A DNA stretch of 64,000 bases, taken from positions 32,001-96,000 of the forward strand of contig JBEKDT010000016.1 of the NCBI GenBank assembly GCA_050014195.1, given 5' to 3'. Each line of letters starts with the position of its first letter. Position 1 is the first letter of the stretch. The translations under genes were made by a program, and so were the position numbers. Positions 30,280 through 38,591 of this stretch are shown here, in pieces. The notes beneath the pieces are model-generated. The model was not told where the DNA came from and did no database searches. It saw nothing but the letters and a program-made list of their open reading frames with translations. Origin of the DNA: Desulfomonilia bacterium (lineage in GTDB: Bacteria; Desulfobacterota; Desulfomonilia; UBA1062).

Positions 30280-31617
30280 TTAGCGTTCAGTGCCGGAAGG
30301 CGGGGCTCCCTGGCTTTGGCTCTGAGACCGTCCACGGCCGATTTGAGGCGTGAAAGGATTGCGGTCGGTGCTCGGGGCTGCTTCGGCCTCCCGCATCCCT
30401 TCGCCTATGACCACGCGCAGGCCCTCGGTCAAACCCCTGCCCTCGACCTCGGTGGATGCGCCGTCTGTCAACCCGGTCTTCACGCGAATAGGTCGCACGA
30501 ACTTGCCTTGCTCGACCCAGATGATTCCACGCGAGCCGGCAATGTCAGAGCCGTGGTCCCGATGCCCGGATCTTTTGCGAGAGTCCGGCACTATCTGGTT
30601 GGGCCGCGGCGACCAACTAAGCGCCGCATTCGGGACCATGAGCACACCGTGCCGGCTGCCGATTTGGAATTGGGCGTTAGCCGTCTGATAAGGCAGGAGC
30701 TTGCCGTCTTCGTTGTCGGTGTCGACCGCGACTGTGTACGTGACGACATTTTGCGTCATCGTCGCGTTGAGCCGAACCTGGTCGACATGTCCATGAAACA
30801 CCCGGCCGGGATATGCATCCACGGTGAACGTCACCGGCTGGCCTCTGGAAATGCTGCCGATGTCGGCCTCGTTGACCGACAACCACACCTGAATATGCTT
30901 AAGGTCACTCGCTATGAGGAATAGGCTCGGCGCGCTCAGGCTGGATACAACGGTCTGACCGATGTTAACCCGCCGGTCAATAACCACACCATTGACCGGC
31001 GACTTGATGGTACAGTAATCGAGATTGATGCGCGCAGTGTTGAGGTTGGCCTTAGCCTGTGCCACCGCTGCCTTTGCCTGCTCAACGGCGGCTATGGCCG
31101 CTGCAAGATTGGCCTTTGCAACCTCGTAATTGGCTTGGTATTGATCGTAGGCGCTCTGCGCCAATGCATCGGATGGCCCGAGCTTCTGCGCACGGTTCCA
31201 GTCCGCCTGAGCCTGCAACAACTTCGCCTTCATCTGGAGCACATTGGCATCGGCGCTGATTTTGTTGGCCTCGTTCTGCTGGAGTTGGGCCTTGGCGGTT
31301 TCCAGTGCAGCAGCATACAGTGAATCATCAATTCTCGCCAGTACCGTTCCTGCCTCCACAACGGAACCCCAGTCGATAGGTTTCCCGCGACTGTCCTTGC
31401 CAAAGGCGTTAATCACTCCAGCAACCTGTGCGCCTATGTCCACTGAGGCAATCGGCTCGATCGTGCCTGTTGCACTGATGGTAGTCACCAGATCCCCCCG
31501 TCTTACAGGGGTAGTATGGAATACCTGCCCCTTATCCCTTCCGGACCGGTACGACCACACGCCGACAACGGCAAGCCCGACAACCACCAAAACTACGATT
31601 ATTACTGTTCGTCGCAT
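30280..31617 (-). CDS. MacA-type periplasmic adaptor
   Basis: SATGTIEP, IGAQVAG, coiled coil, SPVNGVVIDRRVNIGQTV, VNEADIG, FTVDAYP. Confidence 0.92.
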   Translation of the reverse strand: MRRTVIIVVLVVVGLAVVGVWSYRSGRDKGQVFHTTPVRRGDLVTTISATGTIEPIASVDIGAQVAGVINAFGKDSRGKPIDWGSVVEAGTVLARIDDSLYAAALETAKAQLQQNEANKISADANVLQMKAKLLQAQADWNRAQKLGPSDALAQSAYDQYQANYEVAKANLAAAIAAVEQAKAAVAQAKANLNTARINLDYCTIKSPVNGVVIDRRVNIGQTVVSSLSAPSLFLIASDLKHIQVWLSVNEADIGSISRGQPVTFTVDAYPGRVFHGHVDQVRLNATMTQNVVTYTVAVDTDNEDGKLLPYQTANAQFQIGSRHGVLMVPNAALSWSPRPNQIVPDSRKRSGHRDHGSDIAGSRGIIWVEQGKFVRPIRVKTGLTDGASTEVEGRGLTEGLRVVIGEGMREAEAAPSTDRNPFTPQIGRGRSQSQSQGAPPSGTER

Positions 31618-31810
31618 ACTTCTCTCCCGTTACGATTATGGACGTATGGATGACCGCAATACAACGCAATCCATATACCACGGGGCCATGAGGTGGAGCA
31701 GATAGCCGGCCGCGTAGTCAGGACATGGAGATGGGCTGTCCAATATCCAATATATTCGCTGTCTGAGCACGTTTTCTTAAGGCGCATTCTAACAAAGCCG
31801 TTTAGCTGTT

Positions 31811-31841
31811 TAGGACGTCTGAGATATCAGAAATGTCTACA
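31811..31841 (-). promoter_or_regulatory. ECF-type promoter, copy B
   Basis: TGTAGAC-atttctgatatctcag-ACGTCCTA, upstream of the macAB-tolC operon. Confidence 0.8.
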
Positions 31842-31926
31842 CAGAGAGAAATGGGAGATATGAGGGGCCGAGCTTCCCGCCCTTACCTGCCCGACCCCAT
31901 CGGGACCGATTATCGGCAGCGAAGTC

Positions 31927-32463
31927 TTATACTGTCTGATCCACCTGAGTAGCTGAAGTGGTCTGGGATGCTGAGTTTGCTGACCCTACGTATTGTTGAA
32001 GGATAGACAAAAGAGTATCGGGGCTCATGTTTTCAATATCCTGTATTGCCTGCGAATTGAGAGATTGACTCGTAGAAGAAGATGATCCGCTACCCGTAGT
32101 TTGTGCCTGTTCCTCAGATATGACATCCTGGGCCAAGCTGGGGTTTGACTGCATGAGCTTCGCATTCTCATCAGACAGCATGATATTGTATAGGGAATCG
32201 CTTGAATCATTCGATTCCTGGTTACCGCTCAGTAAATTGTAGATAGAACTATCCGATCCCACGGTCCCCTGGTTATCAATGTCGAGAAGTGGGTCGTCGT
32301 TCTGTATCTCCTGTGCATAGTTGCTAAGGCTGACAATGTCTGTAGCGTTGGTCCCCGAAGCCTGTGTCTGGGCATTCGACACCTGGGTTGAAGTCGGACC
32401 GGTCTGCAGACTGTTGAGCAAACTTGAAAGGAGAGAGTTGTTGACGTTATTGATGGTTGACAT
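31927..32463 (-). CDS. S/T/Q/N/D-rich hypothetical protein, no Sec signal
   Basis: 178 aa, G-rich RBS, DIVSLS motif, C-terminus VDQTV; one Lys, no Arg. Confidence 0.75.
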   Translation of the reverse strand: MSTINNVNNSLLSSLLNSLQTGPTSTQVSNAQTQASGTNATDIVSLSNYAQEIQNDDPLLDIDNQGTVGSDSSIYNLLSGNQESNDSSDSLYNIMLSDENAKLMQSNPSLAQDVISEEQAQTTGSGSSSSTSQSLNSQAIQDIENMSPDTLLSILQQYVGSANSASQTTSATQVDQTV

Positions 32464-32491
32464 GGCTAATCCCCCTCTTTATCCTGTCTCT

Positions 32492-32974
32492 TCAAACTGT
32501 CGTACTTATGCTTGTCGTACTTATGCTGCTGGTGGTGGTACCATCGGTTGTACTAGTGCTCCCATCACTTCCCGTGCTTGCCGTAGCGTTCTGAGAGTAA
32601 TGGTGGTGATGGTGGTGATGATGTACTTGCCCTGCATTCTGTGTATTCTGCGTATTCTGTATATCCTGCTGCAGAGAAGTGAATGCCTGCTGGGCCGCTG
32701 TCAGGTCACCTGAAGCGAGTGCACTTGCAAGGCTGTTGTAATCGGTTAGAATAGGATTATTCTGATTGGACAGCTGCCCAGTACCGCCAACTTGGCTGAC
32801 GCTTTGGGTATTAGAACCTTGGAATGCTGTTAAAGCCTGCTGGGCTCCTGTCAGATTACCTGACTGGATGGCAGTTATCATATCCTGAAAATCCTGCTGC
32901 TGTTGTTTCCAGTTGCTCTGCATAACGTTCTGATAAGAATTACTTCCTGATGAAATCCCTGATACTGTCGACAT
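32492..32974 (-). CDS. S/T/Q-rich hypothetical protein with His8 tract, no Sec signal
   Basis: 160 aa, RBS GGGAGG, two SG[ND]LT.AQQA repeats, HHHHHHHH. Confidence 0.78.
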   Translation of the reverse strand: MSTVSGISSGSNSYQNVMQSNWKQQQQDFQDMITAIQSGNLTGAQQALTAFQGSNTQSVSQVGGTGQLSNQNNPILTDYNSLASALASGDLTAAQQAFTSLQQDIQNTQNTQNAGQVHHHHHHHHYSQNATASTGSDGSTSTTDGTTTSSISTTSISTTV

Positions 32975-32999
32975 AACGCCCTCCCTACGGGTTTTTTAT

Positions 33000-33121
33000 T
33001 GATCGGCAAATTTTTCCTACCTTCCTGTATCAAAATGTGCCGGTCCTCCCATTGATTGGCTTATCCAGACAATTGCCGCTGCTTTTATCCATTACATATG
33101 CAGATTGCATTTTCTATTCCA
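33000..33121 (-). promoter_or_regulatory. possible sigma54 site and sigma28-like -10 element
   Basis: TGGAATAGAAAATGCA (GG-N10-GC, 33121-33106). GCCGATCA (33007-33000) lies 25 nt before ATG 32974, but its -35 is poor. Confidence 0.35.
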
Positions 33122-33271
33122 TCCTGTTTCTTTCATTGGGTTCTGTCCAGGAACATGGACTATTATGAAAAGCTGGTTATATTTTTTATATGGGTCTCTT
33201 GCTATTCCCGCATTCCCTCTAAATTTTCTCTTTTGAAACTCAATCGGGTGGCAGCCGATGGGGGGGATAAT

Positions 33272-34228
33272 TTAGTCTCTGTGCCTTTCTTCCATCCCGC
33301 CTCTACCGCCGCCGCCCGAGGGCGGTCTGATCTTACCACCGCCATGAGGGGTCGGGTTGCCCTTTCTGCTTCCCCTAGAAGACGGGGTGGTAATCTTATT
33401 CTTTGACATCTTCTGTGTACGGGTCCCGTTAAAAATGGTTCTTTCGCTTTTCTGAACACCCGTAGAGATAAAGTTTCCACCATGAGGAGCACCTATGCCG
33501 GCAAAGGTGCTTCCATGGAATCTCGACACTGCATCGACACGAAAAACCCTATGCTCTCTAACGTCATTGAAATGATTAGATATGAATACCGTCCTATTAT
33601 TCACATATACGATCCTGTGGAAATCTTGGAGGATGAAAAACCCGGCAAACCAGAAATCGGACCACCAGAACGGACAGGGAACCCATGAGTACATGTAATC
33701 ATAGTCAGGAGGTGGTGCGTAGTATGTCACTACCGGCGGGCCTTGGTTGGAATAATAGTTGTTTATCACTGTTTGATCGGGTGATTGCCCGGGACCCGAT
33801 GGGCGGGGTTGATTGGAGGCATAAGGCCTTATGGATAAATTGAGGTCCGCTACTGTGTCTTGGAATATATGCAGGGCCTCATCTCTTTCGTCGGGTAGCC
33901 TTTGGGCAATTGCGGCATCACTCACTGATCTTTGTAACTCGGTGATGATGTCGGGGGTAACCGGGTAATCGGCGATCCACCCATTCCGCGGTGCGATACC
34001 GACCTCACCGAGCCGGCTCTCGGCTTCAACTTCATCCTGGGTTGATCCGAGGCCCAATGCGGTATCCAGCTTGATCGCAAAGTCTCCTTCACGGACCAGC
34101 TGCTGTGCTAACGGAGGCGAGGCCTGTCCGGCCTGCTCTGATTGTGCATGAATCATTGCCGGCATCAGAAACAAAAGACACAGACTGACAATACATGATC
34201 CCTTACACCTGAAAGGCACCCGTTTCAT
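33272..34228 (-). CDS. exported hypothetical protein
   Basis: AAGGAG RBS, signal peptide ending IHA, helical N-domain, Pro/Tyr/Trp-rich middle, Gly/Arg-rich tail. Confidence 0.75.
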   Translation of the reverse strand: MKRVPFRCKGSCIVSLCLLFLMPAMIHAQSEQAGQASPPLAQQLVREGDFAIKLDTALGLGSTQDEVEAESRLGEVGIAPRNGWIADYPVTPDIITELQRSVSDAAIAQRLPDERDEALHIFQDTVADLNLSIRPYASNQPRPSGPGQSPDQTVINNYYSNQGPPVVTYYAPPPDYDYMYSWVPCPFWWSDFWFAGFFILQDFHRIVYVNNRTVFISNHFNDVREHRVFRVDAVSRFHGSTFAGIGAPHGGNFISTGVQKSERTIFNGTRTQKMSKNKITTPSSRGSRKGNPTPHGGGKIRPPSGGGGRGGMEERHRD

Positions 34229-34351
34229 TGAACTTCTCCTTTCATCTTTCGCTCTCCATATATACTAAAGATGGGCTCTGAAAATTCCAGCACCCGTGAT
34301 CAGGAGATACATTTAATATTGTTCATGGCAACTGCTGATATTCAATTAGCA

Positions 34352-35671
34352 TTAAGAATTTCCGATCCTCCCCTCGTGAGATTTTTTAATGGTCTTTTCC
34401 ATTGAATTAAGCTCGGTGACCACGTCTTTGGGAAGCTGATCCTTGGCCTTAAGCGCCTGATCAATATGATATAAACCTGCTCGGTATTCCCCGGTCTTAA
34501 AGAAGTATCTTGCATAGGAAACATGGGCCAAAGCAGGCTTTGTTGTCTTATCATACAGACCCCCGAGGGTGTAATCCACACGCGGATCCTGAGATTGGTA
34601 AGGTAATAATATATCTATGGCTTCCTTGTACTCCCCCCTCTCTTGGTAAATATCTGCCAGGGCCATCTTGGTGCGGGCCGAGTTGGCGTAGGTTTTCAAA
34701 AGGGGGTAGGCCTCTGTTTTTCTCCCGAGAGAATAGAGGTCAAGACCCCTGTATGCGTTGGCAATGGGCAGGTCTATATTTGAGAGCAAGGCAATGGCCT
34801 GTGAGCTGTTACCAAGTCTTGTGTGTAAAAGGCCTAAAGCGAGCGATTTGTAAGGCTCGGGCATCTGTGTCACACGGATATTGACCTCGCCTTCCGACAG
34901 CATCAACCCGATGACACTTGCCTCAAGTATCCAGTAATTCTTGTCTGGTTTAGGATTACCTGGATCAACTTTCAGAATCGCAATTCGGTTTTCCGTAAAT
35001 GGATGGGTCAGAAGGTATTCCGGCATGCTCGATGATCCATTAATAGTTTGGAGCCTGATGAGAAATCTCGCCATTGCCCCAGGATCGAGTCCTGAAGCAC
35101 TTAAGGTCTCTTTTCCGAAGTTGTCTGCTGCATATTCATGCTCTCTGGAGTGGGCAAGCATGATGTTCTGGCTGCCTCCAACTGCTGAGGACATCACGGC
35201 TGCACCGGCCTCGGGGTTTTTTGTCGCAAGCAGGCCTCCCGCAATTATTCCCAGAATCGTGGCAATAGAGAGTGGTTTTTGAAATTGAGAATCTTGAGGT
35301 ATATGCCTCATTTGAGCATGGCCCATCTCATGGCCAAGGACTGCTGATATTTCATCCATATCCTTTGCAACGAGAAAGATGCCAAGCTGTATGAAGATGT
35401 TACCGTCAGGGATTGTGAAGGCATTTACTTCAGTATCCTTGATGACATGTATCTTGAAAGAATATAACGGGTCCTTAACATGATCGGCCAAGCGGTCTAC
35501 AAGCATCTGAACCGGCCTGACGATCTCCTCGTCGTGAACAAGGAGATTGTTATCCTCCATCATTTTGACAAACTCATTCGCACTCTTAGTTTCCTCTGCA
35601 TATGTCATGGCCATGACAGATTGAACTGGCAGTACCATAAGCACCAGGAGAACAATCATAATCTTTTTCAT
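34352..35671 (-). CDS. M48 metalloprotease with TPRs, BepA/YfgC-like
   Basis: Signal peptide, VNAFTIPDG, HEMGH zinc motif, EYAAD, YLLTHP, helical TPR-like C-terminus. Confidence 0.88.
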   Translation of the reverse strand: MKKIMIVLLVLMVLPVQSVMAMTYAEETKSANEFVKMMEDNNLLVHDEEIVRPVQMLVDRLADHVKDPLYSFKIHVIKDTEVNAFTIPDGNIFIQLGIFLVAKDMDEISAVLGHEMGHAQMRHIPQDSQFQKPLSIATILGIIAGGLLATKNPEAGAAVMSSAVGGSQNIMLAHSREHEYAADNFGKETLSASGLDPGAMARFLIRLQTINGSSSMPEYLLTHPFTENRIAILKVDPGNPKPDKNYWILEASVIGLMLSEGEVNIRVTQMPEPYKSLALGLLHTRLGNSSQAIALLSNIDLPIANAYRGLDLYSLGRKTEAYPLLKTYANSARTKMALADIYQERGEYKEAIDILLPYQSQDPRVDYTLGGLYDKTTKPALAHVSYARYFFKTGEYRAGLYHIDQALKAKDQLPKDVVTELNSMEKTIKKSHEGRIGNS

Positions 35672-35780
35672 GGCAATATCATGTACCTTCCACAGTCAAA
35701 TGAGCTTCATCAGAGCCCTGGCTTCTTGAAGCCGTGTAATTCGCCCACCGTTCCTCTTCAGTGTCATTTCCTTTGAGCAT

Positions 35781-35811
35781 TATGACGTCCCGTTTGAGAG
35801 TTTAGTCTACA
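35781..35811 (-). promoter_or_regulatory. ECF-type promoter, copy C
   Basis: TGTAGAC-taaactctcaaacggg-ACGTCATA, about 110 nt upstream of the M48 gene. Confidence 0.75.
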
Positions 35812-35914
35812 TGACTGCTATTAACGGAAACGAGAGCATAGAAGAGCACTGTTTTATTTCTATAGTTCGATAATCACAACCAGGCAAGGCCTTTACAAAG
35901 ATTTACACTCTTCC

Positions 35915-35944
35915 TGTAAACAATGGGGCGGCACAGACGTCTAA
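35915..35944 (+). promoter_or_regulatory. ECF-type promoter variant, divergent from copy C
   Basis: TGTAAAC-N15-ACGTCTAA (spacer 1 nt shorter), pointing at the MBL gene. Confidence 0.5.
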
Positions 35945-36041
35945 CTAAGCAATATAAACGAAACGTGATTGTTTACTTTACTATTACCTTAGACCCCCTT
36001 GACCAGCCGCGCAAATCAGGTATAGAGTCCTTCACTAAACT

Positions 36042-36980
36042 ATGATCCTGGAAAAGCTCACGGCACAAGGCATCCGCATCACCAGCGTCACGGACTCTCT
36101 CCATGTGATCCACGGGAACAACCGCGGACGGTCGCCCTTCTGTAATGCCTTCCTGGTCCTTGACACCGTGAATTGCCTTTTCGATACGGGGTGTGGGCTG
36201 GACATCATTGAGAAGCTCTGCTCGGAGGTACGGATAGACCGGGTATTTGTTTCGCACTCCCACCTGGACCATACCTCTGGATGCTGGATGATCGATAAGA
36301 CCTCGGGGTCCGAGATCATGGTTCCCGAAGAGGACAGCGACACCATAGCGACAGCAGAGCTCCTGGCATTACGTTTTGTGGGTGAGCAGCTCTTCACAAC
36401 CTGGATGGAGACCTACCCAGGGCTCACCGGGTTCAGGGACTTCACCATCACCTCCACCTTCAGCCATGAATATGAATTCTCCACCGGCTCCTTGAGCTTC
36501 GTGGCCCTGTACACCCCGGGGCACTTGAATGATCACTATTGCTTCTGGGTGCCGGATAAGAAGATCCTTCTGGGGTTTGACATTGACCTGAGCCCCTTCG
36601 GGCCGTGGTACGGCAACCCGGAGTGCGACATAGCGTTGTTCAAGAATTCAATCGCAGGGATCATGGAATTGCCCTCAGAGGTCTACCTCTCGTCCCATGC
36701 ACGGCCCATCAAGAACCCGTACATCAAGAAGAGGCTCCATGCCTTCAGAGCATTCTTTGATGAGCGAGACCGGCAGATCCTGGACCTCCTTTCGCAATCG
36801 CCTCTCATGGGCATAGAGGATCTCGTGAGGCTCTCACCCTTCTACGATGCGGACCATGCCTCGCTCTCGGACGAACTCCTCTGGTTCGGCGAGGAGCAGA
36901 TGATCCGGAAGCATCTGGATGGTCTGATGGATAAGGGATTGGTTGTCCGTGAGGGAGAGTTCTACCGGGTCAGTCGCTAA
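36042..36980 (+). CDS. metallo-beta-lactamase-fold hydrolase with C-terminal winged-helix-like region
   Basis: FDTG, SHSHLDH (HxHxDH), TPGH, SSH. Confidence 0.88.
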   Translation: MILEKLTAQGIRITSVTDSLHVIHGNNRGRSPFCNAFLVLDTVNCLFDTGCGLDIIEKLCSEVRIDRVFVSHSHLDHTSGCWMIDKTSGSEIMVPEEDSDTIATAELLALRFVGEQLFTTWMETYPGLTGFRDFTITSTFSHEYEFSTGSLSFVALYTPGHLNDHYCFWVPDKKILLGFDIDLSPFGPWYGNPECDIALFKNSIAGIMELPSEVYLSSHARPIKNPYIKKRLHAFRAFFDERDRQILDLLSQSPLMGIEDLVRLSPFYDADHASLSDELLWFGEEQMIRKHLDGLMDKGLVVREGEFYRVSR

Positions 36981-37038
36981 AAAAGATTCATCATAGTAAA
37001 GCATACCCGGATCATTGAGGATCATGCAGAGGGATACT

Positions 37039-37437
37039 TTACCACGAAGAGCTTAGCGCAGCATAGCCGCAACCAAAATGGAGCATGGGGTTTGAGCAGA
37101 CATAGGAGTACTTCACCACGAAGAGCACGAAGAACACAAAGAAAGAAATCTTTTTGAAATCGCTGAACCGGTTCAATGGATCCAAAAGTGTTTGTTCTGG
37201 TTTTTAGATCTTTTTCGTGCTCTTCGAGTTCTTCGTGGTGAGAAAAGAATTAGGATGCGAACCATCATACTGGATGGGTCAAAATGATGCACAAAAAACA
37301 AGAAAATGATGGATAGTAGTACGAAGGACACGAAGAAAGGAATCCTTTTGAAATTGCGAACAGGTTCAAAGGATCCAAGAGTTTTTGTTCTGCATTTTTT
37401 AGGTCTTCTTCGTGCTCTTCGTGACCTTCGTGGTGAA
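37039..37437. repeat. cluster of palindromic, MITE/REP-like elements
   Basis: Element 1 (37113-37241): TCACCACGAAGAGCACGAAG...CTTCGAGTTCTTCGTGGTGA. Element 2 (37321-37437): similar core and right arm. Lone left arm at 37039-37052. Confidence 0.8.
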
Positions 37438-37499
37438 AACAATGTGCCTCAAAATATTTTTAGAACTTCCTAAAAAAATACGCCTCACAGAGAAGAACC

Positions 37500-38591
37500 C
37501 TAAAAGATAAACCGCCTCCACGCCACATTCAGCACGATCCCGATGCAGATGAGGTTTATCATCATGAACGACCCTCCATAACTGATGAAGGGCAGCGGCA
37601 CACCCACCACCGGGAAGATCCCGATGGCCATGGATATGTTGATGAACACATGCAGCGTGAAATAGGCGGCAATGCCGAAGCATAAGAGCGCCCCGAACCG
37701 GTCCTTGGCCTTGATGCCGACGGTTATGATCCTGGTGATCAAGAGCAGATAAAGCAATATGAGGATACCGGAACCCAAGAACCCCCACTCCTCGGCCACT
37801 ACGGAAAAGATAAAATCGGTATGATGCTCGGGCAAGAACTTGAGCTGGGTCTGGGTCCCATGGAGGAACCCCTTTCCGATAAGCCCACCCGAGCCGACGG
37901 CGATCTTTGATTGTATGGCATGGTAACCGCTTCCTAAAGGATCGCGTGAGGGATCAAGAAACGTTAACACACGGTTCTTTTGATAGTCCTTGAGTGAAAA
38001 CCATAAGAAAGGCAATCCGGCAAGAAACAATCCAGCCAATGTGAGTATCGTGGAGCGTTTGATCCCCAGCATGAGAAACATGGCACAAGCAATGAAAGCG
38101 ATGATTGCCGCCGTACCGAGATCGGGCTCCAGCAAAATGAGCGTCACGGGTATGAAGATGATTATAGCAGGGAAGAAGAGCTCCCTGATGCCGTGGGACA
38201 GGATGTGTTTTTTCTTCTCTCCCCAATACGCCATCCAGATGATCACAAAGACCTTGGCGAACTCTGACGGCTGCATGTGCAGCGGCCCGAAGATGATCCA
38301 CCGCCTTGCACCGGAAACCTCCCTTCCGATGACAAACACCAGGAGCAAGCCTAGGACCCCCAGACCGTAGAAAGGCCATGCAGAGTACATGAGCGTCCGG
38401 TAATCCACAATAAAGGCGATTGCCAGAAAGACGATGCCGATGCATATCCCCACCATCTGTCTGAAGAAGATACTGCTGCCGATGCCGAAAGTCGAGCTGT
38501 AGACGCAGAGCAGCCCGATAGCCATGATGCAGACCGTGGTCCAAAGGATACTCCGGTCAAGGTTTTCGGATATCTTGGTGTATCTGCTCAT
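37500..38591 (-). CDS. rodA: rod shape-determining protein RodA (SEDS)
   Basis: GARRW, QPSEFAK, EPDLGT, LPEHHTDFIF, PLPFISYGGS. Confidence 0.96.
   Translation of the reverse strand: MSRYTKISENLDRSILWTTVCIMAIGLLCVYSSTFGIGSSIFFRQMVGICIGIVFLAIAFIVDYRTLMYSAWPFYGLGVLGLLLVFVIGREVSGARRWIIFGPLHMQPSEFAKVFVIIWMAYWGEKKKHILSHGIRELFFPAIIIFIPVTLILLEPDLGTAAIIAFIACAMFLMLGIKRSTILTLAGLFLAGLPFLWFSLKDYQKNRVLTFLDPSRDPLGSGYHAIQSKIAVGSGGLIGKGFLHGTQTQLKFLPEHHTDFIFSVVAEEWGFLGSGILILLYLLLITRIITVGIKAKDRFGALLCFGIAAYFTLHVFINISMAIGIFPVVGVPLPFISYGGSFMMINLICIGIVLNVAWRRFIF

Noticed and set aside
31905-31920. Perfect sigma28 -10 element GCCGATAA on the minus strand
   Set aside because: No TAAA-like -35; it is part of a CCGATTATCGG hairpin in the structured 3' region of the upstream gene.
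35700-35775. Hammerhead ribozyme (CTGATGA on the minus strand)
   Set aside because: No stem II followed by GAAA in any permutation.
37039-37437. CRISPR array
   Set aside because: Units are inverted and irregular, the intervening sequences resemble each other, and there are no cas genes.
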